This document shows positions 24,025 to 36,824 of a DNA stretch of 64,000 bases, piece by piece. The notes under the pieces were generated by a model. It ran no database searches, was not told the DNA's origin, and saw only the letters and a list, made by a program, of their open reading frames with translations. The stretch covers positions 26,666,401-26,730,400 of the forward strand of contig CM120641.1 in NCBI GenBank assembly GCA_051362555.1, written 5' to 3'. Source of the stretch: Lingula anatina. Lineage: Eukaryota; Animalia; Brachiopoda. A program made the translations under genes and the position numbers. Positions within the stretch are counted from its first letter, which is position 1. Each line of letters begins with the position of its first letter.

Positions 24025-25226
24025 AAAAGAAAAAAAGGAAGCAGCATACTGATCTATTTGTAGAGGACAGACATTTACCTTACTGCCAACAACAAGTCGA
24101 ATGTGGAAAATAAAAGAAAATTAAAGAGTCTATTTTATAGTGTTGATGTATATGTACACAGTACTGTATATAGATTATTGCAAGCAACTAATAATTTTGT
24201 TTTTATGGCACTTTCCAAGTTCCAGTATTGATTTGTAGTCATGATTCAACTTTTTTCACGTATTGAACATTATACTGTGTAAGTATTGTAAAGGAATGTG
24301 TTTGTATTTAGTTTTGAATGTGTATCTTTTAACTGTACAACAAAGGGATTAGAAGTTTTTTTTTTATTTTCTAGGGTTGGACCAGAATATTCATTATTTT
24401 TGGATAATGACATGAGAAATCTATGTTATACTTTGTAAATAAAATGATATTTTTAACAAAACTTTATTACATAAACCACTTGTTGTTGAAATTATCAGAG
24501 GACAATCTCTTGGTCAAATTTTACCATATAAATGCCATTACTTTGTAAGTCAGTGAGAGAGCTTCCCAATGGGCAAATTTGTAATACTACTGCTACCCAA
24601 GTGTGGCAGATAAAGGACTTCTAAAACTGCTACAGAGTTATCTGAAGTGGTAGGAAAGGAAAATCAAAGGTTGGTTAGTTGGAGAAAAATAGCATTTATT
24701 CCAATTATATAAATTAAGCATGATTTTGGACCTGAACAATCACTGTGCACCTTTTAAAAGAAATTTTAAGCACTGTAGCTTTAAAAAGGTGATGTGGCAT
24801 AAAAAGAGAATTTCCAGACTGTCATTATAACATGCCCCACCAGATAAAAGGTGAAATGTGCAGCAACTGTCAGTCGGCGAATAGCTGTAAAGCTAATGTT
24901 TCCTTTCAATTTATACCCGATATGAAATAAAATTTATTGTATTGTATTGTACAACGGACGTGGCACCAGTTGAGAAATGGGGGCATTTATTTACAGTGTA
25001 CATGAAAACTTTACTCTTCACTAAAATACATTATAGGTTTCAAGAGGAAAATTATTCTCATAGCTTCTGTTTTATTCGTTTATTGCACGTCTTATATATA
25101 GATCTAAGATTAAAGTTGATTTGCACTGATAAGAAAATAACTCTATTTTAAATGTCAGAAACGGGTGTATGGCACGCCAGAACGAGGCCTCTTTGTGGAA
25201 AAAGAGCGCTTTTGTCCAGGCAATAA

Positions 25227-25256
25227 TGCGCGCGCACAACACCGCCATTTTCGAAA
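25227..25256 (+). promoter_or_regulatory. Proximal promoter motifs of the Sororin-like gene
   Basis: GCGCGCGC, a YY1-type CCGCCATTTT (25242-25251) and an overlapping CHR-like TTCGAA, ~70-100 nt before the ATG; this fits a cell-cycle gene (inference). Confidence 0.4.
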
Positions 25257-25326
25257 CAATTAGTAACGATAGTCCGTGATTATTTATCCCATATTTTCTT
25301 AAAATACGCTTAAACGTTTATTTAGC

Positions 25327-28084
25327 ATGGGACAGGGAAAGAGGAGTAAAAAGCGTTCAGATTTATCTCATAACAGGACAGATGCAAGTGAGTAGAAAAA
25401 GAAGTATGGCATTGTAAATTCACTGTTGGTGAGATTGTGAAGCTCCCGTTTTCTACAATTTTGTTTTCTGGGGCTTGACTGCCGCTTATATGTGGTCAAT
25501 AAATGGAATTATTTATTTCACTGCAGTAACTAATGCGCCACATAATTGTACCGTGGATTGATATAAGGCAATCAAATGGAGACTAAATCATGAATGTTTT
25601 TCCTGCACCAATTTTTGTATTCCTGCGAGAGAGTACAGGGGTAGCGAATAATGCAGACGTTCATTAGATTTTACCAGTTGTATGCAGATCAAATTTCATT
25701 AGACCTTGTCCGTCCAGTATAACATAAATTTTGAATTTTTCTCATGACCTTTTCATATTCTCCATCACCAGTACAATGACCTTATTAGTCTTAGAGTACT
25801 CAGCATTTGCTGGCACAGGATGAATGTTTCCTTTACATCTGTTTGCAGGCACATCTTCAAGTGAAGATGAAAAAAAGTTGAAGAAAACTAAGGGGACAAA
25901 GAAAAGATTGTCAAAAAAGTCCATGGTAAGCAATGTTGTGAATTTGAAGAATTTTAACAATAGAGTTCAGTTTTTGGATTGAAATGAGAAAATGTTTTGT
26001 GGTATTGTCAAACTAGGGAATTATATCATAGACTCGATATTATTCCCTGGTCAAACCTTTCACAAAGAGAATTAAAAAAGAATGTGAAATATTCTGTAGT
26101 ACGCTATTTTGTATTTTCTTTAGGTCAAATGAATAGCCAGATATTTTACCTTTTTCATATAGTAGCAACAAAAAATGTTGTTTTAAATTTGTGAGAAAAG
26201 TTTTTATTTGTTTATTTATGTTGGGGGGGGGGGGGGTCTTACTTATGCCAAATTTTTGAACAGAAATAAAGCTAATAGAAGGATTTTCAATTTTAGATCT
26301 CAAACACATCAGAATATGATGGGGATTGTGAAGAAAGCACAGAGGCATCTACGCAGCAGTCAGATACCAGCATGAAGTCAATAGACCTGTATGATTTTCA
26401 GGAAACAGACATTGAGGCACCAGACACTTCATCTCAAATAAAAAAGAAACAGCATTTAAAAAGCACCAAGATGAAACAAACAAGAATAAAAGATCTGAAA
26501 CCCAATCCCAACAAAAGGATGCCCAAAAAAAAGAAAGAGAGCGAATCAGTTTCTCATACCCAGGAATCAGAAGTACCCCAATTTCCACTCGGTGACAATT
26601 GTATAGAGATTGAACTAGTTCATGAGGTATCAGAAAGTGAAAGAAAAAATAGATCAAGTCAGAGAAGCTCAGTTTCTGTGGAAGACAAGATACTGTCTTC
26701 TCTAAGTGATGTTGAAATGAAACCCACTGATATGAATCCTTCAGTGAAACTTACCAAGATTGAAATTACTCAACATAAGTTTGATGTGTCAAATAATAAG
26801 GGACAGAAACGAAAAATGTCACAAGAAAACGAATCTAGTAAGAGGAAAAGTATAAGAATAGCTCAACATGGTATGCAAAATGAAAGTGGTTTTTTATCCC
26901 CTCCACTTCCACGTCGTCCAGCCAAAACTAATGAGATGAAAGAAACATCGACACCAAATGTAACAAGGAACCCAAGAGGTAATTCTAGTTATCTTTTATA
27001 ATTCTCACTTAACCTAGCGTATCTGTCGTGCTTTGTTGATATTCCACTAATTAATAATATATGAACTATAATGATTTCAACCTTATCCAGTTTCAGATCT
27101 TTGGCTTTGTTAATTTTGGAGGACTGTAAAAAGAAATGCCATGTGAAAGTCCTTTGTCATCTTCATAGACTTATTTACTAGTACAAGTATCTCCTTAAAG
27201 TGATATTGAATGTTAGTTGTGTGAGAAAGTGTGATAACATGGCCTCATTTTTTTCTTTACATGGGTACTCTCTGCATGTGGATAGAACTTATGAGAAAAT
27301 GCTTTTTCACATATTCAGTGTTATTATTATTATTATTATTATTATTTTGCATGTGCAGATTCCTGTTTTGGATTTGAATCCCTGACAACTGCAGAACCCA
27401 TGTTATCCCCTGTGCGTTTCACCAGTCCAACTTCTGATTATGGGTCAATGATGTCCAGCTCAGCTCAGTCCTCCACAGCGTCCAGGTTTGACACAAGTAG
27501 CTGGAGAGACAAATCGAAAAGAACCTACACTAGGAGAAGTGCATCTCTTGGTATGATGAAATATCATCTCTGTGTTTCTGAGATAACATGTACTTGAAGC
27601 CCATTATGTCACAAGACTAAACTTGATAGAAACTAAAACTTTTCTGTCAATTTATTAATTAATTGCCCCTGAGACCAAAGTTGAAACTATTGTTTATTTT
27701 CAGAATTGAATCAGTGATTAAAGAAGTTTTGTTTGTTTTGCAGGTAAGAATGCACCAGAACCTATACTGTATGATCTGTCAGTAGCAGATGAAAAACAAA
27801 AGCGGGTATCAAAGCCAAAAAAGAAGAAAGAAGTGGTAAGTAGATACTATTTTCATATTTTTTCTTAGGACTTTTTAAAATGAATAAGTACTTTGTTTTT
27901 TACTTATTTAAAAAGTACATGCTTGCATAATTTTCCAAAAATCTGCTATTCAAAAAAGTTGCTAGGTCTCTGCCGTTTTAAATCTTTCTTTCTATTGCAG
28001 TTGGCTAAATACGAGGACTGGGCAGACAAGATGAATGCAGAGTTTGAAGAAATTGAGATGCACGAGCTTAGTATTGAAGGATAA
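25327..28084 (+). CDS. CDCA5: Sororin/CDCA5 (Dalmatian)-like cohesin regulator, 6 exons, ~395 aa
   Basis: Exons 25327-25387, 25849-25925, 26297-26978, 27359-27550, 27744-27835 and 28001-28084, with consistent phases. A basic, Ser-rich low-complexity body carries an FGF motif (DSCFGFES) and ends in a Sororin-type motif (YEDWADKMNAEFEEIEMHELSIEG*). Confidence 0.82.
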
Positions 28085-30169
28085 ATATATTGTATCTCTG
28101 AAAATGTTTTAGTGTACTGTACCTGGCAGTTGAGCTTAAAAACTTTTTCCTCGGGTGGGCAATTATTAATTTATTTGAGTGAAAAACCAGTTACAACGTT
28201 CTCCCTGCTTTTGTCATAAAGTAGTAGATACACGTTTTAAGAGAAATAAGCTTATAATTTTTTTTTGACGAGGGTGGATTATACATTTTTATCTGATAAA
28301 ATGAAAAATACCAAAGAGTTGTGAAATGGTTATAATATCTGTTGTGCAGTAAGCTACTGGACAATACATCAGAAAAGTGCTTACTAGTTTTGGAAGAGAA
28401 GTTAAATGCTGGCAGGCATCCACTGCTTTCTACAAAGCAAAGCATGCAAGTGGCATCTTTGTTGAGCTCAGTGATTTATTGATTATTAACTTGGTATTCT
28501 AAAGTATTTGTTTAATAGTATGTAGAACAATATGTATAAATGGTCAATTGTAGTGCTGTAAATTTTTAACTAAGTTTTCTTTATGGATATGCATTTACAG
28601 GTGATATATTTACATTGACCTACTGCATTTTGAAAGAAATATTTCCTGACGTAAAGATATGAATTATATTTTTCCATATACTATTTCCATTTATACATTA
28701 TTTTGAACACTCATGGCTTTCATTGTATATTTTGATGTAAATAATTTGAGTTTTTTTAAAGTTAGGTACACCTGACACAGCTAGATTTAGCTTCATGGAA
28801 TTAACTTTTATGTCACTTCACTAGTTACTGAATAAAGAACATACAATTGCATCTCAAGTAGTATTAGAAATGTATAGATTTAATGCTTATGATGTTTCAT
28901 AATGATATTTAAGGGTAGTCACTTATGTAATAATTTGTTGAAATCTTGTTTAGGGGCCCCCAATTCATGGATATCTGATCAGTAGATGACAATCAAGAAT
29001 CTAAAGCATTTTAGTTGCACTTTTACAAAGGACTTTGGATTGAGCTTACCCCAATATCAAAATCTAATTGTCTTGATGTCAATGGTTAGATAGGGGAAAC
29101 TGTACTGTAGCTACTTTTGACAAGTCGGCTTTTTCAATGGGCTCAGCTATTTCTGCCAAAACTACAATGAACCCCATAGAACCAAATTTCTTTTTTGAAA
29201 AGTGATATAATTTTATGAAGGCATTGCCTTTTAAGTGCTATGAAGTTTGATCACTCCACCACACATGCCTGGAATAGAAAATCAAACACTGCACCAGCTG
29301 GATTGTTCCAACTCTGCGGAGGATCCTCATTGAAGTGCAAGTGAATGCTTTTTGTATTGATCTCAATAGTTAATTATAGTAATTTGCTTGAGAATAATTG
29401 CATCAAAATTAAATAGATAAGGTCATCCTACTAAGCGGACACAACAAAAATCCTGAAATCGGGCATAATTCTGAAAACTTTTACCAATGCCTTTATTTTA
29501 GTTATCCAAATGGCTTTTGGTCAGTAATACTAAATACTAGGACACATACGGCTGCACATCAAACTTTTGCTATTTTCCAACATAAAATGCATTCCTAAGT
29601 TCAGTATCTTCTTATTAATGGATTAACCAGCCAATTTTACAGTAGCCCTCTTCCATTTCTACCAAGACCTTGTAATTACACAAAAGAATGGTATGAATTT
29701 CTAGTGTTAACTATACCAAGGAGGTTTAGGGGATAAAATTCCTAGACTATACAAAACATCAATTAATTTTCTTTAATTAATTAATTAATTTAATTAATTT
29801 TAATTACATTTTCTCGCTTTCAATATTTCACAATCTTCACAAAATCTTCCAATGCCTACATTTGAGAAAATAGTTTTTCCGTGCTTTTTGTGAAATATTT
29901 ATCTTATAGGTTATAAGTTCTTGAGCACTCCCCTTTCTGCTGCTTTCACCACCCATGCGCTTCAGCACATAGCCTTTGGTTTTTATATTTCTTTGCCCAC
30001 AATCATGATGTTTCAAATGTTTTATCCCCGTTTTCTGATATATCATTAGTAAATTCCCGTAGTACCTTTTAATGTGATCAAAGAGGCATTAAATTGTGTC
30101 AATAGCTGTTCAATTGAGGGAGATCAGTTGGAAGTCAATATATTACATTCCACCCCCACCCCCCTGCAC

Positions 30170-30201
<32 letters not shown>

Positions 30202-30591
30202 AGAGTAATCAAATTCACCCCAAAAGAGGTATATGAACCTCCCTGGCTGTAACGTGCATGTACAATGCATTTTATATTAAGTCACCATACGTGTGCCTTG
30301 CACAGGAGGGGAAGCAGGCAAATCTGAAATGCATCACATGAAATTGCCTTTTTATTTACTTTAAAATATCACTAAACTAGAGGATCAGAGAGGCGATACC
30401 GCCTCCGAATATTGTACCACCAGCTGGAGCAAGCGCATTCGTATAGACCCCCACATACACAAAATAAGGGGTGCAGCCACCAGTCTTGTGCTTGACAAGC
30501 TGTAAAAATGCAATCAACAAGAATTTTCAAAATATGCAAAAAATATATATAACTAAAAATGGTGCAATCAAAGTTAAGTTCATTGTAAGGT

Positions 30592-32160
30592 AGGTCAAAG
30601 GTCAATTTCAAGGTCACAGTAAATTGCCAGTATATGACTTCCTATCCAACTTCAATAGTAACTATGGACCTATCTCTGCCAGTTTTGGAGATAAAAGGGA
30701 AGCAAAATTTGCAAAGTTCAGTTCATGGTGAAAAGTAGGTCAAAGGTCAATTTCAAGGTCACAGTAAGATTGCCAGTATATGACTTCCTATTCAACTTCA
30801 ATAGTAACTATGGACCTATCTCTGCCAGTTTTGGAGATAAAAGGGAAGCAAAATTTGCAAAGTTCAGTTCATGGTGAAAAGTAGGTCAAAGGTCAATTTC
30901 AAGGTCACATTTAGATTGCCAGTATATGACTTCCTATTCAACTTCAATAGTAACTATGGACCTATCTCTGCCAGTTTTGGAGATAAAAGGGAAGCAAAAT
31001 TTGCAAAGTTCAGTTCATGGTGAAAAGAAGGTCAAAGGTCAATTTCAAGGTCACAGTAAAATTGCCAGTATATGACTTCCTATGCAAGTTCAATAGTAAC
31101 TATGGACCTATCTCTGCCAGTTTTGGAGATAAAAGGGAAGCAAATTTTGCAAAGTTCAGTTCAAGGTGAAAAGTAGGTCAAAGGTCAATTTCAAGGCCAC
31201 AGTAAAATTGCCAGTATATGACTTCCTATTCAAGTTCAATAGTAACTATGGACCTATCTCTGCCAGTTTTGGAGATAAAAGGGAAGCAAAATTTGCAAAG
31301 TTCAGTTCATGGTGATAAGTAGGTCAAAGGTCAATTTCAAGGTCACAGTAAGATTGCCAGTATATGACTTCCTATTCAACTTCAATAGTAACTATGGACC
31401 TATCTCTGCCAGTTTTGGAGATAAAAGGGAAGCAAAATTTGCAAAGTTCAGTTCATGGTGAAAAGTAGGTCAAAGGTCAATTTCAAGGTCACATTTAGAT
31501 TGCCAGTATATGACTTCCTATTCAACTTCAATAGTAACTATGGACCTATCTCTGCCAGTTTTGGAGATAAAAGGGAAGCAAAATTTGCAAAGTTCAGTTC
31601 ATGGTGAAAAGAAGGTCAAAGGTCAATTTCAAGGTCACAGTAAAATTGCCAGTATATGACTTCCTATGCAAGTTCAATAGTAACTATGGACCTATCTCTG
31701 CCAGTTTTGGAGATAAAAGGGAAGCAAATTTTGCAAAGTTCAGTTCAAGGTGAAAAGTAGGTCAAAGGTCAATTTCAAGGTCACAGTAAAATTGCCAGTA
31801 TATGACTTCCTATTCAAGTTCAATAGTAACTATGGACCTATCTCTGCCAGTTTTGGAGATAAAAGGGAAGCAAAATTTGCAAAGTTCAGTTCATGGTGAT
31901 AAGTAGGTCAAAGGTCAATTTCAAGGTCACAGTAAGATTGCCAGTATATGACTTCCTATTCAACTTCAATAGTAACTATGGACCTATCTCTGCCAGTTTT
32001 GGAGATAAAAGGGAAGCAAAATTTGCAAAGTTCAGTTCATGGTGAAAAGTAGGTCAAAGGTCAATGTCAAGGTCACAGTAAGATTGCCAGTATATGACTT
32101 CGTATTCAACTTCAATAGTAACTATGGACCTATCTCTGCCAGTTTTGGAGATATAAGGGA
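30592..32160 (+). repeat. 146-bp satellite, ~11 monomers, with 4-mer higher-order structure
   Basis: aggtcaaaggtca recurs at 30592, 30737, 30883, 31029, 31175, 31321, 31467, 31613, 31759, 31905 and 32051. Confidence 0.97.
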
Positions 32161-32405
32161 CTAAATGTTATAATTTTGGAGTTACCATAATGTGCCATAA
32201 ATTTCCTACAGAAAAAATTAATTAAAATAAAGAAAAGGTCATTTTGGTCAAAGTTCTTGAAATGGGAGGTTCTCTGAAGTTGCAGAAGTTTAAATTTGAT
32301 AAAATAATGTCATTTTTGACCACAAGTTGTCTGCTTTGCCAAGCATTATGTTTTATTTTTCCGGAGTTCAAAATTTATTATCCAGTACCGTACTGCACAT
32401 TTTTA

Positions 32406-32693
32406 CGGAAGCCGACTGGTGCCATATGTTGAAAAAAAAAATTATCTCGAAATTTCGAGATAGCATTTTTTTTGTTCAAATTTCAAAATACTATCTCGAA
32501 ATTTCGAGATAAATTTTTTTGCTCAAATATCAAAATGCTATCTCGAAATTTCGAGATAATTTTTTTTTTGTTCAAATTTCAAAATGCTATCTCGAAATTT
32601 CGAGATAAAAATTTTTTTTGTTCAAATTTCAAAATAGTATCTCGAAATTTCGAGATAATTTTTTTTTCTACATATGGCACCAGTCGGCTTCCG
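32406..32693. mobile_element. Tc1/mariner-type MITE nested in the Helentron-like element
   Basis: TIRs cggaagccgactggtgccatatgt / acatatggcaccagtcggcttccg with TA on both flanks. The interior is five repeats of the palindrome tatctcgaaatttcgagata. Confidence 0.85.
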
Positions 32694-34253
32694 TACATTT
32701 TCCTTTCACCACCAATATGTACTTTCTGATACAGCGTAACTCGAAAACCGTATGGAATACAAAAAAACCGAGACCACCTCCAGTGTTGGGCTTTACATGC
32801 TCTACAAAATGCAAAAAAGAATGGGTCTCTAGCATTAACGGTTCCCGAATTAGAGACAGTTTTCAGTTTCGGTATCTTATGGCCGCTACTCCTGTGAAAA
32901 TGCACCGATTGACCCCAAATTCACGGAGATGAAAGATGACCTGAAGGGTAACACTTTCCAATAATATTATTGGTTAAGTCTGTGTGGCGTCTGAATAACA
33001 GGGCAAAAAAAATTTTTTTCGTAAAAAATTTCATTTTTTTGAAAATTTTGACCCATTTGACCTTGAAGTAAAGGTCAAAGGTCAAATCCGAGGGTATATT
33101 TGAAATCTACACATATGACTTTTGGAAAGCCGTCTATAGAAATTTTTCCCGTAACTCCTTCTGTAGGGTAGATAATTAGCATTTAATTTTGCCATTTTTA
33201 GACAAGGGTGCATTGCAATGAGTGCCACACCCAGACCCCAATACCGACAAAGCCCAAATTTTACGTGGAACGAGTTGAGATTATAGGTGACCTAAATCCA
33301 TGAGATGGGTACGGGGGCCCTTACCGTCTAGGAGGAGAAGCGGTAACGGTAACATGGCGGCGGAGCCGGCGGAACGGAACGGATGGGACCGAAACCATGT
33401 GTACCGCCAGCGCTAACGCTGGTGGTAAATTTTTTTGTTCAAATTTCAAAATAGTATCTCGAAATTTCGAGATAATTTTTTTTTCTACATATGGCACCAG
33501 TGGGCTTCCGTACATTTTCCTTTCACCACCAATATGTACTTTTTGATACAGCGTAACTCGAAAACCGTATGGAATACAAAAAAACCGAGACCACCTCCAG
33601 TGTTGGGCTTTACATGCTCTACAAAATGCAAAAAAGAATGGGTCTCTAGCATTAACGGTTCCCGAATTAGAGACAGTTTTCAGTTTCGGTATCTTATGGC
33701 CGCTACTCCTGTGAAAATGCACCGATTGACCCCAAATTCACGGAGATGAAAGATGACCTGAAGGGTAACACTTTCCAATAATATTATTGGTTAAGTCTGT
33801 GTGGTGTCTGAATAACAGGGCAAAAAAATTTTTTTTCGTAAAAAATTTCATTTTTTTGAAAATTTTGGCCCATTTGACCTTGAAGTAAAGGTCAAAGGTC
33901 AAATCCGAGGGTATATTTGAAATCTACACATATGACTTTTGGAAAGCCGTCTGTAGAAAATTTTCCCGTAACTCCTTCCGTAGGGTAGATAATTAGCATT
34001 TAATTTTGCCATTTTTGGACAAGGGTGCATTGCAATGAGTGCCACACCCAGACCCCAATACTGACAAAGCCCAAATTTTACGTGGAACGAGTTGAGATTA
34101 TAGGTGACCTAAATCCATGAGATGGGTATGGGGGGCCTTACCGTCTAGGAGGAGAAGCGGTAACGGTAGCCGTCCGGCGGAGCCGGCGGAGCCGGCGGAA
34201 CGATCCGGACGAGACCGAAACCATGTGTACCGCCAGCGCTAACGCTGGTGGTA
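32610..34253 (+). repeat. ~817-bp direct tandem duplication of the element's 3' portion
   Basis: Near-identical ORF-track entries 32618..32932 and 33435..33749 are offset by 817. The junction gctggtggta|aattttttt lies at ~33428. Confidence 0.92.
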
Positions 34254-34987
34254 CAATGACAGCTTTGAAATAAAAGATGAGTTTCCTAATTTATTCACTT
34301 TAACATGACAATACCAACACAACACGAAAAAGATTAATTACAATTATATGATGCTACTTTCTAAAAGATCCAACAGTGGGCAGATTCCCAAACTGAAGAA
34401 TAAAAACATTATGTACTACCATCGCATACAGAATGTTGTTGAGAGACAACCCCTTTATATAAAATAAATTCTTTCAAAGTCTACTTTCTAAGAAATTACT
34501 ATAGGGAAAATTCCTCAGGTTCCTTTCATCTAGTTCCAGTTATAGCAGCATAAGGTTCTGATACAATAAAACCAACCATTATGTGTCAACTCCAGAGGTT
34601 TCCTAGTTAAAAATCAGTTCAGTTTCGATTTGGTTTAAGGTCAACTTTGGTTCAAGTTATTTAAAAATGCTGTTTGGATTATTCTCCAAAGTTAAGTATC
34701 TTTATTTACCTTGAGAATACTTGCATCAGAATTTCATAGAAAAGGTCATCTCACAAGGCTGACAAACAAATGAGACTACAATAAAGATGCGAATCTTTAC
34801 GAGATAAGATATAAATTATCAAAAGAAAGGCTACATACTATTTTCATACAAGTTTTTTTTTTACAAGTTTACAGGGCCAGCATGACAGGAGACCAGCAGG
34901 ACTTGCTCCTAATATTTCCTTTTTTCATTGCTGCCTTGAAACTTAAACAATATCTCATGTTTACACTTCAGAAATTATAGAGTTTGT

Positions 34988-36480
34988 TCATTTTCCAGCT
35001 TGTTTCCGCAGCATGATGTAAATCTTTTCTTTGATCCAATCTTTATTTCTGGGGCAATATGTTGTACTGGATTTCTGAAACCTGAAATTGCAGACAATAT
35101 CTTGGATGTCACTCAGAAAGGCAGAATACCTAATTTTGTATGAAAAATAAATAAATAAATAAATAAATAAATAAATTATTTAAAAAATAAACGCTCTTTA
35201 TCAAAACAACTGCTGAACAGCTAAAAAATTTTATTTAAGGAAATCTATGTATGTCAGTCTTTGTGTAAAGTAATCATATAATTTTTTTCTTTTATTGGTT
35301 ATAAGGAATTCATATGTACTCAATGGCTATTTTGATACACTGAAAAGTGTATGATCTGCAACACACAGATTTCTAACCCCATTACAGTTCAACTGCTCTG
35401 TTTAATCAAGATAAAATGTTTAGTTGATACTTACACTAAACAACTAAGATCATGGAGCTGGTCAATGAAATCAAACAATTGGCTGATGTCATAGGTAATG
35501 GATGGACTCTGAGGATGGGCTTTCTTAAGATGTTCTTCATATATTTTACAAATGCCTGGAATAATATGGTTTATCCATCAACATATATTAACATGTGGAC
35601 AAAAATTTCATAAATACCAAATGCAACAAACTCCAGTGAACTTGTCATTTTTCATATTTTTTCTTTACCTGATACAAATCTTTTGGAAAATTTTAATTGT
35701 CTTTGGTAATAGCTGAAATCAACATATATTTTGCCAAAATTAAATCTCAAATTAACTGGTACAGGTTTTCCTCTTAGTATCTGAGTTATGTTAAGTCCAC
35801 TGTATATGAATACATATTATGAATGAAGCAATGATTTCACTAGACTTACATATGAGCATAAAATTCAAAGACAACTTCTTACTATAAAAAGTGAATATTT
35901 CAATAAAACAAAAAATAACATTACCTTCTAGACACTCATTGATAGATTCATAATCTGAATATGTCCTACTATCTGGTTTCTTTGTAGGTTGAATCAAAAG
36001 AATTGTGTGGGACTGAAAAGGCAAAACAAATCAATATTATCAGAACCATGATGCACCCCCCTCCCTTTCCAGGATGGGATAGCACACAAACTTGGACTGA
36101 AACAAGGATACTTCTGTCTGAATCATTCTGGAACAGAGATATCTTTGCTGACACTGAAATAATATATAAGCTGAGTAGGATCATGATGTAGCCTGAGGCT
36201 GAGATCATCTGATGTGCAGGTAAGGTTTGCCTCAGGTTTCAGCCTTACATAACATTATATTATATATATTATAAATTATTACATAATAATATCCACATTC
36301 TGGAGAAACTGTGCATGACCCGTGCATGACAACATTTGACAATACAGATTACAATGCCAAAGTGGTTCCTTTTTAAGCTGAAAGCAATATAGTATTCAAT
36401 TAAAGTGGACAATTAAAATATATCTCACACTCTTCGTCCTCAGTTGGTTAACGCCAGCAATTGCAAAATGTACTCACCAT
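34988..36480 (-). CDS. ERH: Enhancer of rudimentary homolog, 4 exons, 101 aa
   Basis: Exons 36480-36478 (ATG|gtgagt), 36012-35925, 35555-35435 and 35081-34988 give [101 protein letters not shown]. Confidence 0.97.
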
Positions 36481-36824
36481 AGTCGCTTTATAGAATGCAG
36501 CACCTGATTAATATTACCACAAAACGAAAGAATCTAAACTCAGCAGAGCAATGGCGTGCAATCGCGAGCTAGAGATTTTACGTGAACACGTGGTAATTTT
36601 AAAAGCACTAAGATGTATAATTCGGTTGGAGTTTATTTGGTGGTATTTTTTTAATTCCAAGACTCAGAATTCATATTGTACTGTTACTTAAATTTGAAAT
36701 AATTCCAATGTTTTATTTGAAGCGGAAGATAACTATCGACACCTAGCGGCCACGACACATTGTTACCGACGGTATGCTGAATGCGGTTATTACAGGTGCC
36801 CCTTGATTTTCATGTGAACAAATA
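36481..36824. promoter_or_regulatory. Bidirectional promoter, ERH / SLC39A9
   Basis: Start codons are 344 bp apart on opposite strands; CpG-rich patches, a TCGCGA core (~36563) and a CACGTG E-box (36587-36592). Confidence 0.7.

Larger units (their letters stand above)
30375..34256 (+). mobile_element. Non-autonomous Helentron/HINE-like element carrying a satellite array
   Basis: Begins aactag with a short palindrome (gaggcg-atac-cgcctc, 30390-30405). The subterminal repeat ttgtaccaccagc (30412-30424) is inverted relative to gctggtggtacaa (34244-34256). It also has a 3' stem-loop gtaccgccagcg-ctaa-cgctggtggtac (34227-34254), a degenerate cgga/gccgg microsatellite before it, and central tandem repeats. 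No transposase ORF. Confidence 0.7.

Noticed and set aside
32327-33749. ORFs of 61-133 aa inside the Helentron-like element and MITE
   Set aside because: They arise from palindromic repeats and the 817-bp duplication; no transposase or Rep/helicase motifs.
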